A stretch of DNA of 64,000 nt from Oculina patagonica. Taxonomy: Eukaryota. A program made the translations under genes and the position numbers. Positions 1-11,800 of this stretch are shown here, piece after piece. The DNA lies in NCBI RefSeq assembly GCF_052425735.1, contig NC_135771.1:1550001-1614000 (forward strand). Reading direction: 5' to 3'. The notes beneath the pieces were generated by a model. That model had not been told where the DNA came from and ran no database searches. It saw nothing but the letters and a program-made list of their open reading frames with translations. The stretch's first letter is position 1. Every line of letters begins with the position of its first letter.

Positions 1-362
1 ATGGCAAATGTGTACATGTGAAATTATACAAGAACTGAAAAGTTCTTGTGTGCTCAATGATTGAAATTATGGCTGTTAAAAGTACAGACCATAAAAATGA
101 TGTAACCTATAATGCAATGTAAGGCATACTTTGGAAAACTTGATAAAATACCACAACTTTTCCAAAAACAGGATCCAGGAAGTTGTAGAACAACAACTGG
201 AACATTTAGGAAAACATTTTCCACAAATCTTGCATTTGTGCACTATTTAGCACTGATTTACCAACTAATTTGCTGGTAAATTTTCCATATTATTGCATAT
301 GCTCCACACTCTTATAAATACTTATAGAGTAAGACCATGGAAAATGTGGTTTATTTGTTAAA

Positions 363-551
363 TGTGCAGTTCCAGAAAATATCTATACACACCCCATGGA
401 AATTCATTGGAAATTCCGAGAGGGTGAGGGGTCTCAAAAGCCACATTTTTAAAGGAATGTTTGAGGCTTAATTGGAATTTCTTAAGGGGTGGGGAAATTC
501 AATCCAAAGAACTTTCTTTGGAAGAGGTATGAAAATTTCTTGAAACAACAC
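363..551. mobile_element. Abundant MITE family (TGTGCAGTTCCAGAAAATATC...GAAAATTTTCTTGAAACAACACA)
   Basis: Degenerate TIRs. Related copies lie at about 42243-42420, 43207-43390, 55287-55558 and 59017-59176. Confidence 0.6.
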
Positions 552-807
552 ATGTCTACATGTAGATTCACTCTCTTTCAAAGCTTCCAGAATCTAGGCC
601 CTTTCCAGTCTGTGTCTGAATTTCAAAAATTTTGTATGAAAAGAAAGGAAAGAGCATTCACGCAGGTTTAATATATGTATTTGTCCTGCCAATAACAGCA
701 TTTTTAGACTGACAACCTTTTCTAGACATTCCCACACATTAACTGCATCCGTAAAGCAGTATAGGTTATCTGTAAGTTTAATTTTTAATCAGCACTGGAA
801 CATTTAC

Positions 808-2991
808 CTTTGTTGTGTTCTCCTGGGCCTGATGATTTCATCTTTTTAACAAAATCTTTAGTTCCACCACCATCACTTAGTTTTCGTTTCATGGCTTTGC
901 CGCTGTCAAATTTTCCTTTTCCAGTTCTACTTTGTGATTCCTTGTTATTTTTTTGAAAATGTTTATCACTTTTCTTGTTTTCATATTCCTGTTTGGAGTG
1001 TCCTTTCTGTGGGCTTTCTTGTTCACCTTTCCACTTCTTTGCTTTGAACTTCTTCTGTTTGTGATCATCTACATTACTAGCTTTCCTTTTTTGTCCCAGT
1101 GAAGCATCTCCTTTAAAATCTTTGGAAAATGTTTTTGGCTTAACCTTCAGTTTGATGTCATCACCCTTCCCTTTGAATTTCTTCTTGAAACTCTTTGATC
1201 CACTGGAAAAATTAACAAGAAGCATATCCAGATGAAGAGAATTTATCTAATGTAGTAATATTACATTCTTAATTAACTCTCATACATGTGCTTGGACGGA
1301 TACAGATTGACACAGGCTGACTTCAACATTTCACAAAGGGGAGAGGGGATGGAAGGCAGATGCATCACTTTGATGAGCTATTGCGTTAGTGTCCCAAGAG
1401 TATTGACCAGGGTTGTAGTCTTGCCTTGTTTCTTGACTCTACAGCTGAGACACTTTCTCATTGTTTATATAACTTTGCCAAAATTTGCTTTGTACCTGAT
1501 TAAGCTATTTGCAGCTGATATCATGTTTAAGGGAAAAGCAGAAACTAGAAACAAGTACACCAGTAGGAGAAGTGCTTCTAACAAATAGATCTCAAAATAG
1601 AACGACCCAAAAATTATTGCAAAACAGGACGCAAGTAAGATTGACATTACTTAAGCTTAGTTTATCTCTGTTATCTGGTCAAGGAGAGCTATTCCTTCTC
1701 GTATATACTGTTATTTATTGTCTAATAAACTGTTTTATTGCGTTCGACGAAGGAGAGCGCAAGCCTAATTTTGCATTTGTGTCCTGTGTCTTTTGAGTTG
1801 GTATGCCTGTGTACTGTTATGCGGAACGAATCGAGCCGTAATGCGCGCGCATATGTATGGACACCAGATTGGCCGCCCCGATTGATTTTTGCAGGGGCAA
1901 ATCTTGGCCGGGAAACTGGTAGCCACAAATGGCCTCGATTTCATGCAAAACAAGATGGCGTCCCAAACGGAGCTTAGAAACATTATTTTGCTTGAAAAAA
2001 AAGGGTTAAAAACGTGTTGCCAAAATTTTAATTTTGCCAAAAATGTCATGGAGAACACTAGAAGGTTATCATCCAAGGTAGCAGAGTTCTCTTCAGCCAC
2101 CAAACGTCATAAAAAGAGTGGAAATCGAGTAAGTCGATGCGTAGTTTCATACGGAGTTCGTTCGTAGGTAAACCAGCGTATTTTCCTGCAATTATATGTT
2201 GCACAAAACTACAAATTGTTAGAATTAAATGCATCGAGAGTGGGTATAATACGGATCGAAATTGTTTTATCACTTTTTTGAATTTGTGATATATTGTTAT
2301 TCCTAGAAACACTAGACGTTTTGACGAAGAAATCGTTGTGTGAATGTAATATGCGTGTAGTGGATTACTGTGTGAATTATGTCTGTGGAATTTTAAATCG
2401 AAGTGAAACTATTTTCAGAAGTTTGTGGAAGTTTAAATCTCGTTTAGTGCCAAACGATAACAAGTCAAGTGAAATAAATAATTATTTTTGTGTAAATAAT
2501 ATTTCATTCATTCTATCTTCTTTTGGCTCGTCACACAATCTTTCTCACACTTATCCTCCTCGCCTTTAGTGAGGTATAAGCATAGTAACTAACTTTGACA
2601 TAAGGCGTACTACAAGTAGGCCGACCATGTCGGTTTTTTTGCCACTGCCTGCTTACCTTGGGTCTATTTTACCTATAGGTCGAACGCACTCCCCTAATCT
2701 CTGATTACTACTAGTCTTACTGTTAATGATTCTCGGGTTGTTTACGTGGATTCTTTGTCATTAGTACCCGGGTTTTAGTTTACATTTACACTAACAAAAC
2801 AGATGATGCACTACGAACAGTCTTGAATAATAGGAGACGTTTGCTAAATAAATAGGACATGACGGCCTTTTCATTCTAATGATATTTGCTGATGTAACTG
2901 TGTCGTTGAAAGAATGAAAAGGCGGTCGAAATCCAACATTTAAAGGAACAAAACGAAGAAAATACCTTTTCTTTCGCTCAGCGTCCGCCAT
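808..2991 (-). CDS. 5' part (exons 1-2) of a Lys-rich protein, possibly Pumilio homolog 3 (PUM3/Puf6-like); continues beyond the left edge of the window
   Basis: Exon 1 is 2991-2966 (ATG GCG GAC GCT GAG CGA AAG AAA AG|gtattt). Exon 2 is 1202-808 (ttttccag|T GGA TCA ... AAC AAA G|gtaaat). Phases join in frame (AG+T=Ser). The product MADAERKKSGSKSFKKKFKGK... is low-complexity and K-rich, so the PUM3 identity is tentative. Confidence 0.6.
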
Positions 2992-3107
2992 ATTGAATAC
3001 CCACGTGCAAAATACCTGAGCCAGCTGTTTTTCTATGTCAGCGTATTGTTTTTCGTTCCCAGTCCACTAGCTTCAACTCCATAAAATTACTCTTCCATAA
3101 CCTCAAG
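2992..3107. promoter_or_regulatory. Bidirectional promoter region between divergent start codons
   Basis: Only 116 bp separate the two ATGs. An E-box CACGTG lies at 3002-3007, and a YY1-like ATGGCGG overlaps the minus-strand start. Confidence 0.65.
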
Positions 3108-6100
3108 ATGCATTCGATGCGGCGTCTTCGCTTGATTCGTGAAGTTTTATCCCCCATCAAGCAGATCCGTCAAATTCATTTATCAAGCATGTCGTCGAAA
3201 CCAGTACGTGCTCTGATCATGGGCCCACCTGGATCGGGTAAAGGGACTGTTTCTGAACGCATTGTAAACACGTTTAAGGTGACACACTTGTCTAGCGGAG
3301 ATGTTCTCCGTTCACAAATAAAAGAAGGCACTGAAGTTGGTTTGAAAGCGAAGGCGATCGTGGAAAAGGGAGGACTTGTACCTGACGATATCATGGTAGA
3401 ACTTATATTGAACAAAATGAAGGAGTTATCTGGAGGCAGTTGGCTTTTAGATGGTACCTGTCGTTTTATTATGTTTTGCCTTATTTTTCTGATGTTTTGC
3501 AATGCTGCATAGACTATATTTACAAATGTACTGTACAGATCTGGGCGGAGTTGATTCGAAATCATATGTTAGCTATTGGACCTAATATTTTGGCAGAAAA
3601 TATGTTCATATTTCTTTTGAGAGAGAAGTAAATGCTTTAAGCTTTCTACAACTGTTTTTGCAATAGCACAAAATTTACAGTAGTAAACAGACGGGATAAA
3701 TTAAAATGATGAAGAGAGAATATAAAGGCTCAAGTGCACATCGTGAGGACTGCAACAAACAATATGTACCTCTTGTCTGTTAGAAAGAAATAATGTTTCC
3801 AAATTCTGCAATGATCATTGTTTACCAGATGTGTTTTGAAAAAGGGAAAAGGTGTTTGAATTAACATTTTTTGCAATTTCTTTGTTTCTATTCTGGTCGT
3901 AAACGGTAACAGTGGCTGGGTTTGTTGCGGAATATCTGTGGAATTGATCGGAAGGAGACATAAAACAATAGACTCTATTCTTATTCCATGAGATGCAAAA
4001 ATAATTGTTTCAATCAATCACTGTCACTTCTTAACAGAGTCAAATAGTAGTTATCAGTAACACAAGTTGCTATGAAATTTATTTACAGGTTTTCCAAGGA
4101 CTGTTATTCAGGCTGAAAAGCTGGGCGAGAGGCAGCAGCTTGATGTTGTTGTTAATTTAGATGTGCCCTTTGAGACCATTATTGATAGAATTTCAGTAAG
4201 TTTGATAACTGTAATCATTGTTTTTCATTAATTATTGACCTGGGGGACCCTCTTGTGAAAGGACTGGGGATGACAGTGTTTTAAAACTTTTTTTGCCTGC
4301 AACCCTAAAAGATACCTTCATGAGTAAAAAACTTAAGCATTTTGCCCTGAACAACCCAAGTGAGACAAAAATCGGCAATTTGCACCCCTAGTTGAGACAA
4401 TCAACACCCTGTCTCTTCCCTTTCACAGGGAGTCCCACCCCGGGGATTCGTTACTATGGTGGCCTAGTCGTCTTAGTCTTAGTCATCTTAGTCTTCTTAG
4501 TCTCAGTCCTATTCATCCCAAGTCGTTTTCATATAGCACATGGCAAAGGGAGACACATGCGAGGTGGGGGACCCATCTATCCCTGCGCTGTACTCCCTGC
4601 GCTGTATGAAGACAACTGGGGATGAGTCAGGGGCCGATGCACCTAGATAACTGTTAGTCCAGCAACATTTTAAATCTACCTACACCACCCCCAAAGGAGC
4701 TTGGGAGAACCCCTGAGCTGAAGTGCAAGGTTGTTACGAGAGAGTTCTGAACATGTTTTTGTTTCTTGTAGAAACGGTGGATTCATCCAGCCAGTGGTAA
4801 GACGTACAACTTGGATTTCAACCCACCTAAAGTACCAGTAAGTCGACAGTATTATAATAATATTCATAATAACTGTACAAGATGTTTTATTAGATGTATC
4901 AGTCCATCTCTTTACTGATTTCTTTACTAATTGTCATACTTTTTTTACTAGTCGGCTGAGAAATTGGTGGTGCCAATGGTGGATTTCGGGGTGGATCCCA
5001 AGTGGTCCAGGTCCCCCTTTTGCTGACAAATAAATAGCCTGAAGGGTGGAAAATCCCCACCCAATATTGGAACAAGAAAGGGGCCACACTCACTCTGAGG
5101 CCTCTCTGTTTTGAGCAAAGAGGGGCAAATTTTCATTTTGCCTCTTTGCCCCCCCCCCCCCTTCTTTTAAGCACCTCTCGATTGGCCACTGTTACATTCC
5201 AGAAATGAAAAACACTATAAGCAACGTAAAACAGCAACAACAGTACCTTACCCGAGTCAGAACTGAAACACAAAGGGGGAAGGAGGAGGGATGTGAACCA
5301 AAGCCGTACCGAACCAACCTGAACCGAAAATGTTCTGAACACACCTATCCCCCCCTCCCCCCAGTGTGTTTCAGTTCTGACAGGGCAGGCCAAGTCGAAA
5401 CTGAAACATGCAGCCACAGTGTGATTCACAACTGACATGGCCCGGGCCATGTCAAAAATGTAACATAGTTGTTTTGTTACTGTGTAAATTTTGGATCTGC
5501 TTTGGGAATTAACAGTGGCACCATAATAAGTTTGTGTTATTGTATTGGGGCAGATCCTCCCCACATAGTCCACTAAAAGGAGTACCTCTGCTGGGTGTAT
5601 ATCCCCTAAATAGAATGCTAGGCTGTCACAGGTTACTTGCCATCATTTTGTCAGATTGCGCTGACAATTTACTATCTCTTAATTTGAAGTTCAATACATT
5701 AACCAGGTTATTTTTGTCGGCAGGGGAAAGATGATGACACAGGAGAGGATCTTGTTCAGCGAGATGATGACAAGGTCAAATTTATATATATTATTTTTGT
5801 CTCATTGGGAAAATAAAAATGTCAACCCTCTTACATGGCAGAGAGTTTTCAGTAACTTCAGATGCATAGGGCTCTGAACACCTTCAATTTGTTTTTTATT
5901 TTAAATGTTCACCACTGTCTATTTTGCCAACAAATGATCACATGTAAATGCATACTTCCAGCATCATTTCATTATTTACTGTATTTTGTATACAGCCTGA
6001 GACTGTGCGGCAGAGACTGAAGCAATATGAAGACATGACAAAGCCGCTAATTGATTTTTACACGTAAGTACAAACTGTTATACATAAAAAGAGCTAACTG

Positions 6101-7092
6101 TAGCTACAAAGCCCCTGCATGCATTGCTTGCCTATTATTGTCCAGTAAGACAGTAATGCATGCCGAGGACTACAACCTGTCCTTCTGCACACATTGCATG
6201 CCTATAATACTAGTGTGATAGGCCTGCAATGTGTGCAAAGGCCTACAGCAACATAGCCCTCTGCACACATTGCATGCTCATAAAACAATAATAAAGGCCT
6301 GCAATGAGTGCATGTAGTCATATTTTATGCAAGGCCTCTTTTGATACCAGTCAAGTGCTGGTTGGCCTCCTGCCTAAATAAAGCTAACTTGACTTGACTT
6401 GCAAAGAGCTACAGCTACATGGCCCTCTGCACGTATTGCATGTCTATGAAGCTCTGTATTGTTATTGGAGCTTTTAATGAGTCAAAATTGTGTTTAAGTC
6501 TGAGGAGCTTGAGCTTGATAACTGCCTGACTTGCACCTGATAATCTCTCATGAAAAATAAATGAGATGCATTCTTCACAACATCCACCTTTATGCTGTGA
6601 TTTTCTTTATGGCATGTGTTTTTTGGCCTTTTGTATTGCATAAGAAACAGCAGAAACAAGCTGCTTATACCTTTATGAGCTAGTGGTACGTTGAGAGCAT
6701 TCAGAGGTCTGCATTCAAGACAAGACTGGGATCAATGTGTTCTTGGGCAAAATACTTTATTCTCAGAGTACCCCTTTCCCCAAGTAGTATACATGGGTAC
6801 CGGTAAATTGTGAAGGTACCCAAATAAAATGCTTTGGCTAACCTCAGATGGTTTAAGCTTGGGTTATTAAACACTTGCTCCAGGGATTGGGTAGCAATCC
6901 CTTGGTTGGAACACATTAACCATTTCATGTTGCTATTCAGTAGTGATAACGTACTTATGTGACTTGTTATTTCACTTTATTTTATATTTTAACAGGAAAC
7001 AGGGTACACTTAAGTCATTTTCTGGTACAGAAACCAATGTGATATGGCCCAAGGTCAAAGATTATCTCGCTGAGAATTTCTTCAAACAATAA
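3108..7092 (+). CDS. AK3: GTP:AMP phosphotransferase, mitochondrial adenylate kinase 3
   Basis: Exons 3108-3453, 4089-4195, 4772-4837, 5724-5774, 5996-6063, 6996-7092, all GT-AG and in phase. Motifs: P-loop GPPGSGKGT, WLLDGFPRT, LID RWIHPASGKTYN, QRDDDKPETV, C-terminal SGTETNVIWP typical of AK3/AK4. Confidence 0.95.
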
Positions 7093-7212
7093 GAAATATC
7101 AATATCCTGGATGCATTTTCATTCATATATAACATGAATACTGCAGAAAATGTTTATATAATGTACTGAGGTACCAGTACATTATTTTAAAATATGTGTG
7201 ATATAGGTAGTT

Positions 7213-7384
7213 ATTTCTATGGTATGTTTGATTATTCACATGGTCAACTTGACTTTTTTACATGGTAAACTGAACTTTTATGTGGTCAACTTCAATTTTG
7301 ACTGTAGAAAAGGTATCAAGTTGACCCTAAAGAAGTGCAGTTGACCAAGTTGACCATGTGAAAAGTCAAACAGACCATAGAAAT
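7213..7384. mobile_element. MITE downstream of the AK3 stop codon
   Basis: ~37-bp imperfect TIRs ATTTCTATGGTATGTTTGATTATTCACATGGTCAACTT / AAGTTGACCATGTGAAAAGTCAAACAGACCATAGAAAT with internal GGTCAAC repeats; AATAAA follows immediately. Confidence 0.7.
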
Positions 7385-8259
7385 TAATAAATGGAATATT
7401 GACTGGTTTGTCACCTGATAGTTGTTAGTTTAAATATTGTGGGAATGGTATGTCAATTGTAGGTGAATGGAAAACTTTAAATTGTGCATGGAATGGTTAA
7501 TTCTTCTTAATGACCGGCAAACATTTCTTTTAATGCTAGGTCTAAGAATTAATGGTAGTACATCAAGACAGTATTTTCTGGGAGACTATTTTCAATGTAA
7601 TTGCCACTTGCCTACAAATGTAACAAAAAATTGTGTCAATATTAGGAAATACGTAATCAATTGGGTTATAGTAGTAGTTAGCAATCTGTATGAAATTGGT
7701 ATTTTTTAGAGAAATTAAATGCAATTTAATTAATAAATTATGTTACATGTAAATAGTGTGCTCATCTTTCAGTCTTTGAATTAGTGGGAGAGAACAATGA
7801 CAAACACCACCATACAATAACAAATGTGTTAGTTAGTTTTGTACTTTCAAATGCTCAATTAATGAATAAAATAAGAATTATAATAAACGATTTTGTGACT
7901 ATTTTACGAAGTGTTAGTTTTGTGTACGCTGAAACCGGAAGGGGCCCTTACCTTAAGCTTATAAACTGAAAAAAGAAAAACAATCTCCGAAAGAAACCTT
8001 TTATGTAGAATAAAATTTAGACGCAGGTTGCCTTGAGGAATAAACTTAAAAATAGTTTTAAAAATAGCAATTAATAAAACGTCGCCAAACCTATGAAGAA
8101 ACTGTCCGGGAAAAGAAAGAGTTTAAAAATAATGTCGGAACTAAAATTTGGGTCAAAAACGTTTGATGTGATCCCGAAGATTAATCCCGAAGATAAGATA
8201 TCAGACGGGATTGATCCCGAAGAGGAAACATTGGACGATTGATAATGAAGATAAAACTA

Positions 8260-9212
8260 GTAAATAATAAAGATGGTAAATTTTAAGCTCGGTAATAAAT
8301 AATGAAGATGAAGTATTCAACATGACACGAGCATGGGACAAAGAAAAATTCTGAGTCCCCGACGGGAATCGAACCCATGGCCTCCCAGATACCTGTTGGG
8401 CGCTCTAACCAACTGAGCTACGAGAGACTCGTTGTGAGCTGGGCCATTTTTTACTAGGTTAATAAGTGACACGCGTCCTGCATACTGCTAGGATCAGCAA
8501 TGTCGAATTCATCAAGTTTGTAGTAAATAATAAGGATGGTAAATTTTAAGCTCGGTAATAAATAATGAAGATGAAGTATTCAACATGACACGAGCATGAG
8601 ACAAAGAAAAATTCTGAGTCCCCGACGGTAATCGAACCCATGGCCTCCCAGATACTGGTTGGGCGCTCTAACCAATACGAGAGACTCGTTGTGAGCTGGG
8701 CCATTTTACTAGGTTGATAAGTGACACGCGTCCTGCATACTGCTAGGATCAGCAATGTCGAATTCATCAAGTTTGTAGTAAATAATAAAGATGGTAAATT
8801 TTAAGCTCGGTAATAAATAATGAAGATGAAGTATTCAACATGACACGAGCATGGGACAAAGAAAAATTCTGAGTCCCCGACGGGAATCGAACCCATGGCC
8901 TCCCAGATACCTGTTGGGCGCTCTAACCAACTGAGCTACGAGAGACTCGTTGTGAGCTGGGCCATTTGACTAGGTTGATAAGTGACACGCGTCCTGCATA
9001 CTGCTAGGATCAGCAATGTCGAATTCATCAAGTTTGTAGTAAATAATAAAGATGGTAAATTTTAAGCTCGGTAATAAATAATGAAGATGAAGTATTCAGT
9101 ATTCATCAAGTTTCAAGTTTCGAACCCATGGGAGACCATGGGTTCGATTCCCGTCGGGGACTCAGAATTTTTTTTTGTCCCATGCTCGTGTCATGTTGAA
9201 TACTTCATCTTC
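8260..9212 (-). mobile_element. Tandem array of ~260-bp tRNA-containing retroposon units with an inverted end and a 12-bp TSD
   Basis: Units 8261-8523, 8524-8778, 8779-9039 and a partial unit 9040-9097. Inverted fragment at 9130-9212. AAGATAAAACTA occurs at both 8248-8259 and 9213-9224. Confidence 0.85.
8352..8430 (-). ncRNA. tRNA-like cloverleaf within repeat unit 1 (also 8870-8948; D-arm deleted in unit 2); not a canonical tRNA
   Basis: A box TAGCTCAGTTGG and B box GGTTCGATTCC. D, anticodon and T stems can all form, with an extended acceptor GAGTCTCTCG/CGGGGACTC. The anticodon loop lacks U33 and differs between units. A T5 run follows. Confidence 0.7.
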
Positions 9213-10695
9213 AAGATAAAACTACTTCTCGCATGAACACCATCGTTGTCAGTGCGTATCAAGCAAACTAACGTTATAACTGCAGCTTGGTAATCGTTAA
9301 GCTGAACTCAAAATTTTGAATGAAGGTGAGAAGGAGTAGTTGTGTTACACACCTGGGGACTCCAGAGGGGCCAGCCACCACCAAGTTTTTGTGTAATGTC
9401 AGCAAACGACATTAAACAAATAATTCCCTTGTATGTATATTAATAGTTTAAAATGAATTTCAGGTCAAAATGATTTGAACTACAACCCTCGTCGAAAGTG
9501 TTGGCACGATTTCCAAATTCATTCCTTTTCTCCCCCCTCCCCTTCTCAATGTTGAGCTCCCTAACATATGCACAGACAATCCTTAGCCACGAAGGATTCA
9601 ACATTGAAAGGGAAGGGGGACCTCCAAAATGTTTGCACGAGACATCGAGAAACTTTAAGCATAAGGTATTCACATTTTTTTATCTCTTTTGCGTTAATTT
9701 AACAAAGAAAACTAAAAATTAAATTAAAAGAAGTTGAAACGCTTAAAGGTGATGTTTAATACACAAGACGATTTTTAACTCAACATTGCTCGCGCAATCA
9801 GCTTCGCGCAGCTACGTCAGCAAATTGCGCTAAAAGTTGACGGTGAAGGTGTTACACGAACCAACTCCGACAAATTCGGGCAACAACCTTGTCGGTATTT
9901 GAAACGCTTTCAAATCCTGCAACATGTTACCGCAACAAAATGATGCGTTAAAACCCTCTGTCGCGTAACATGGCGCGCCGGACGGTTTTAACGCAACAGT
10001 GCTACAGCAATATGGTAATTAATCCGGAACAAAGAAACTGCAAATCAAACTGGTTTAAAATCATTTTGACCGGAAATTCATTTTATACTACAACATGTGT
10101 CTGAAAATTACCAAATGTGTTAAAAACTTTTTGATCTTCGATAGATCTAGTTAATTGAATGCCTTTTAAACCATTCCTCGGTGTAATTAACAATTCACCG
10201 CATATCAATAGTAAATTCTTGCCGATGAACCACAGAGTAGCTTAGCAATGAGTGCCATCAATAGCTAGCAATCCACTACCGGTCTGTTTGGATACTGGAG
10301 AATCGGTTTATTTTGCACGGAAAGAATCAAACAGTTTATGTTTACTCCACGAAGGATTAATATCGTCAACATTTACCTCTAATTTTTGCTCACTGGTTGA
10401 CAGAAAAGTTCTACAGCTAAAGTACTACATCCAACTTTAAAAAAACCCTGAGGTGAGGGATATTTCAGTTTATTTTTAACTCCAATACATAATATTAAAT
10501 TCTGCTACTTTACCGACCAGTTTGTCAAGAGCTTACCGGCTACCACTCCGAGCTGAGGTTTTGTGAATAGTATCATTTGGTAGAAAAGTAGACCGAAGTA
10601 GTAGAAATAGTGGTTTCCATCGCGAAAGATGCGTTCCTTTTATCCTTCCTTCTTGCTCATATCTATAAAAATCTTTTTCAGTTGCGTAACAAATA

Positions 10696-11070
10696 CAGTG
10701 AAAACCCGCGAGTAAGAACCTAGTTTTCCCAGGTTAGCCTAAACAGGTTCTTTCATAAATGGTAGTTATTGTTGCTAATCGAACTTTTAGTAATATTCAG
10801 CCTAGTATTTGTATAAAATTTGCATACCAAACAAGTATTATTGTAAAAATGAAGCACTAACCATTCAGAACATGACATTGTGTACATGTACAGTAAAGCC
10901 TTGTCCAAACTTATTTTCCCAAAAGTAAACATTTTTAATCCTAAATCTTAAAAAAAAAACGTGTTTTTAAATTTTAGGCTAAATAGGCTCCTATAAAAAT
11001 GGGGTCTAATTTGCAAATTTTAGCCTAACAGGTTCTTAAATGTCAGGTTCTTACTCGCGGGTTTTTACTC
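10696..11070. mobile_element. Tc1/pogo-type MITE
   Basis: TIRs CAGTGAAAACCCGCGAGTAAGAACCT / AGGTTCTTACTCGCGGGTTTTTACTC, flanked by TA. Confidence 0.8.
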
Positions 11071-11374
11071 TATCTCAAGCTTGCTCTGGACCTTTCTGGG
11101 AGAGTATTGGCCCTCGGTCTGTTCTAACGGAGCTCGCTGCATTCGATCTGTAAACACCGCGCGCTGACATTCTCTCAGTAAGGAGAGTAAGGCCCTTGCA
11201 CATATTTATTTTCATTAGACATTTATGGTGTCGCTGCCCATTTTTACTCGTCATCTGTTTTTTGACCAGTCCAACAGACTCGTAAAATAAACAGTTTAAA
11301 AAAATAAGATGATCCCAAGTCAAACTTGGCAGTGCTAGCCGTTCGCGAAGCGGAAGATGTATAGTACTACAATA

Positions 11375-11800
11375 CCGTATTTACTCGAATAAGCGCCGCC
11401 CCCAAATTAGCGAAACCGTCGGATAAGCGCGCGCCGCAGTCCCGATGCGGTGCTTATTCGAGGGATTCCGTTCAACTAAAAAACAGAACTACAAAGCAAC
11501 TCTAAAACAAACTTGGACATTTCTTTCCATCAAAAGCGATGTTTTGCAGTTCAAAGAGATTGTTTTACCGCTCTCCCTTTAGTTTTCTATCCAGTTTTTC
11601 TTTAGTTTTCTGTAAATGTTGTGAAGGTCGCGAACTTTTCTAGGACAGCTAGCACCACTTCACTCTTCAGCAAGAGACGAATACTGACAATCAAAAGACC
11701 CTGCGTAAAAGATTAAATTCTTTGCGGCGTCCAAATTTTAAATAAGCGCCGCCCTCGAATAAGCGCCGAAAAAAATAAAATAAAATAAAGGTTAATACGG
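11375..11800. mobile_element. pogo/Tigger-type MITE
   Basis: TA|CCGTATT...AATACGG|TA termini with repeated AATAAGCGCCGCC. Confidence 0.75.

Noticed and set aside
8352-8948. Cluster of true tRNA-Thr genes
   Set aside because: The anticodon loop lacks U33 and differs between copies, the acceptor stem is non-standard, one copy has a D-arm deletion, and all lie inside a TSD-flanked repeat.
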